From contig NC_042997.1 of assembly GCF_006345805.1 (NCBI RefSeq), positions 19,282,001 through 19,346,000 on the forward strand: a DNA stretch of 64,000 nt, read 5' to 3'. Positions within the stretch are counted from its first letter, which is position 1, and every line of letters begins with the position of its first letter. Made by a program: the position numbers and the translations under genes. Source of the DNA: Octopus sinensis. Taxonomy: Eukaryota. Positions 62,031 through 64,000 of the stretch are shown here, in pieces. A model generated the notes under the pieces. That model saw only the letters and a program-made list of their open reading frames with translations, was not told the origin of the DNA and did no database searches.

Positions 62031-63151
62031 TAAGGTTTTTAATAGGATAATGTGTACATACACAACTGGGCCTCTTACTCTCTTTTCTCATCAAGCCTTG
62101 CCCACCACCCCTCAACTCATTATCTCTGATCTCTCCATCCCTTAACTGCTGTATTTGGCTGCTCCAGTTAAATAAAGGTAGAACTACACATTTTATCATG
62201 ATCTTTTTGTGTGATACCTATTAATTTTTCTTGCTACTCAGGACTATTTCACTTGACAGTCATCCTTCATTCTTCACTTTGTCTTTCTCTAATCAGATTT
62301 TACATTGATTCTCCTAGTCTTCTATGTTACCAAATTATTTCCTCTCTCTCTCTCCACTGAACCACTTCCTACTGCCTTGTTCTTGTCATCCTACATCTCT
62401 CACTCACCCCATGCTCAACATCTGTTTCTCCCTCTTTCAAATTACCAACTCACTCACCATCCTTCTTTGTGTCGTCCTTCTCCTGTCTATCTTATTACTA
62501 CTGCTCTTCATCAATTCTGAACTGCCAGTCAGCACCTACACTACCCAACATTTTTTTTCCAACATATATATATCATCAACCACTCCCTCTCCCTCAACTG
62601 TTATTCAACATCGAATATTCACTCCCTCACACCTACACCAGCTCTAACTATGTTTCTTGCAACATCAAATCCCTCCACCTTTTTGTTTTTTGTTTTCCAC
62701 ACCAAGACACCTTTCTCTATTATACATTAACTTTCCAACTTCTGGCATAAGCTGCCTCTTATCTACTTTATTGCCTCTCAGTCAAGGTAACGTTTTAGTT
62801 TTGCAAGTTACATCTCAACCTCACTAGGGCATGCCATAGAAAAACAAAAAGCAACCAGTATACTCTCTGTAAAGCAGTTGAAATGAGGAAGGGTATACAG
62901 TTATAGAAAACTTGCCAAATCAGATATTAGAGGTCAACATAAAACCTCCAAAAGAGAGGATCTCATCATATTGTCCAACCCATGCTGGCAAATGATGAGG
63001 ATGATGATGATGATGATAATGGTGGTTGTGATAATGACGATGACAGTGATGAATGTATGTGTATACATGCAAACACAAGCATATATCTTTACACATATAT
63101 TTGTGCATTTGTGTATGTTAATGTATATCTGAATGTAGTAGTAGTAGGAGC

Positions 63152-63528
63152 ACTCTGTCGGTTGCGACGATGAGGGTCCCAGCTGATACGATCAATGGAA
63201 CAGCTTGCTCGTGATATTAACGTGCAAGTGGCTGAGCACTCCACAGACACGTATACCCTTAACGTAGTTCTCAGGGATATTCAGCGTGACACACAGAATG
63301 TGACAAGGCTGGCCCTTTGAAATACAGGTACAACAGAAACAGGAAGAAAGAGCGAGAGAAAGTTGTGGTGAAAGAGTACAGCAGGGATCACCACCATCCC
63401 TGCCGGAGCCTCATGGAGCTTTAGATGTTTTCACTCAATAAACACTCACAATGCCCGGTCTGGGAATCGAAACCGCGATCCTCCGACCGCGAGTCCACTG
63501 CCCTAACCACTGGGCCATTGCGCCTCCA
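63152..63528 (-). mobile_element. SINE family E
   Basis: Reverse homolog of 40327-40645 with B-box ggtttcgattcc. Confidence 0.85.
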
Positions 63529-63551
63529 CATATCTGAATGTATACATTTGA

Positions 63552-63619
<68 letters not shown>

Positions 63620-63699
63620 CTCATGTAAATATACATATATATTTATATGTACAGCATGATAATGGAGATAGGGTGGAGATAGGGAGGCAAATACAGTAA

Positions 63700-63990
63700 A
63701 ATATGCAATACAATTATTTTTAATAAATCCAAAACTATGTAGATTAGAGTTGATTAAATGAGCCCATTGATCAACAGGGGTTAATATCAGTAATAACAGT
63801 CTATCCAAAAGATCAATCTCACTGGTTATTTTCTGGGTGGTGGAGAGCTTCTCACTTATATTGATGGTGGACAATTGGTGTAGTTGCCATTGTATAAAAT
63901 GGTTCAATTCTACTCGCTCATTATCTTTAAGGTCAAGCTGAAGAATGAAATTTAAATGTCCAGCAATTTGCAAAGTGTCTGCTGATAATT
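63700..63990 (-). mobile_element. Probable CR1/L2-like LINE AP-endonuclease remnant
   Basis: Open frame IAGHLNFILQLD...QLSTINISEKLSTTQKITSEIDLLDRLLL resembles the IxGDFN...Q...PT...LDL.L pattern. It is cut by the window end. Confidence 0.4.
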
Positions 63991-64000
63991 ATGGGAAGTA

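Overview
This is a strongly AT-rich, microsatellite-rich eukaryotic window. The SINE families look like those of octopod cephalopods; this is my recognition, not a database result. I cannot support any host protein-coding gene, rRNA, functional tRNA or CRISPR array. Almost all ORF-track entries are microsatellite, SINE or decayed-transposon artefacts. The window is an intergenic or deep-intronic transposon graveyard. It holds a near-complete decayed Ty3/Gypsy gag-pro-RT-RH-IN (minus strand, ~16.8-20.7 kb) split by a non-autonomous Helitron, and a decayed Tc1 (~36.9-38.4 kb). It also holds an internally deleted maT/DD37D element (41.4-42.07 kb), RTE, Penelope, R4-like and CR1/L2-like LINE remnants, and at least five recurring SINE-like families. 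The least explained signals are four. (1) Several 110-185 bp local direct duplications of unique DNA at different ages, one 157 bp with a single mismatch. (2) A 44-47 kb cluster of foldbacks, including a tRNA-Thr-like unit wrapped in its own inverted repeats and arranged head-to-head. (3) A dyad-symmetric NRF1-ETS-ETS-NRF1-like CpG element at 55.5 kb. (4) A family of (TAA)n-embedded retroposon pieces. Repeat coordinates are read by eye and are approximate unless junctions are quoted.
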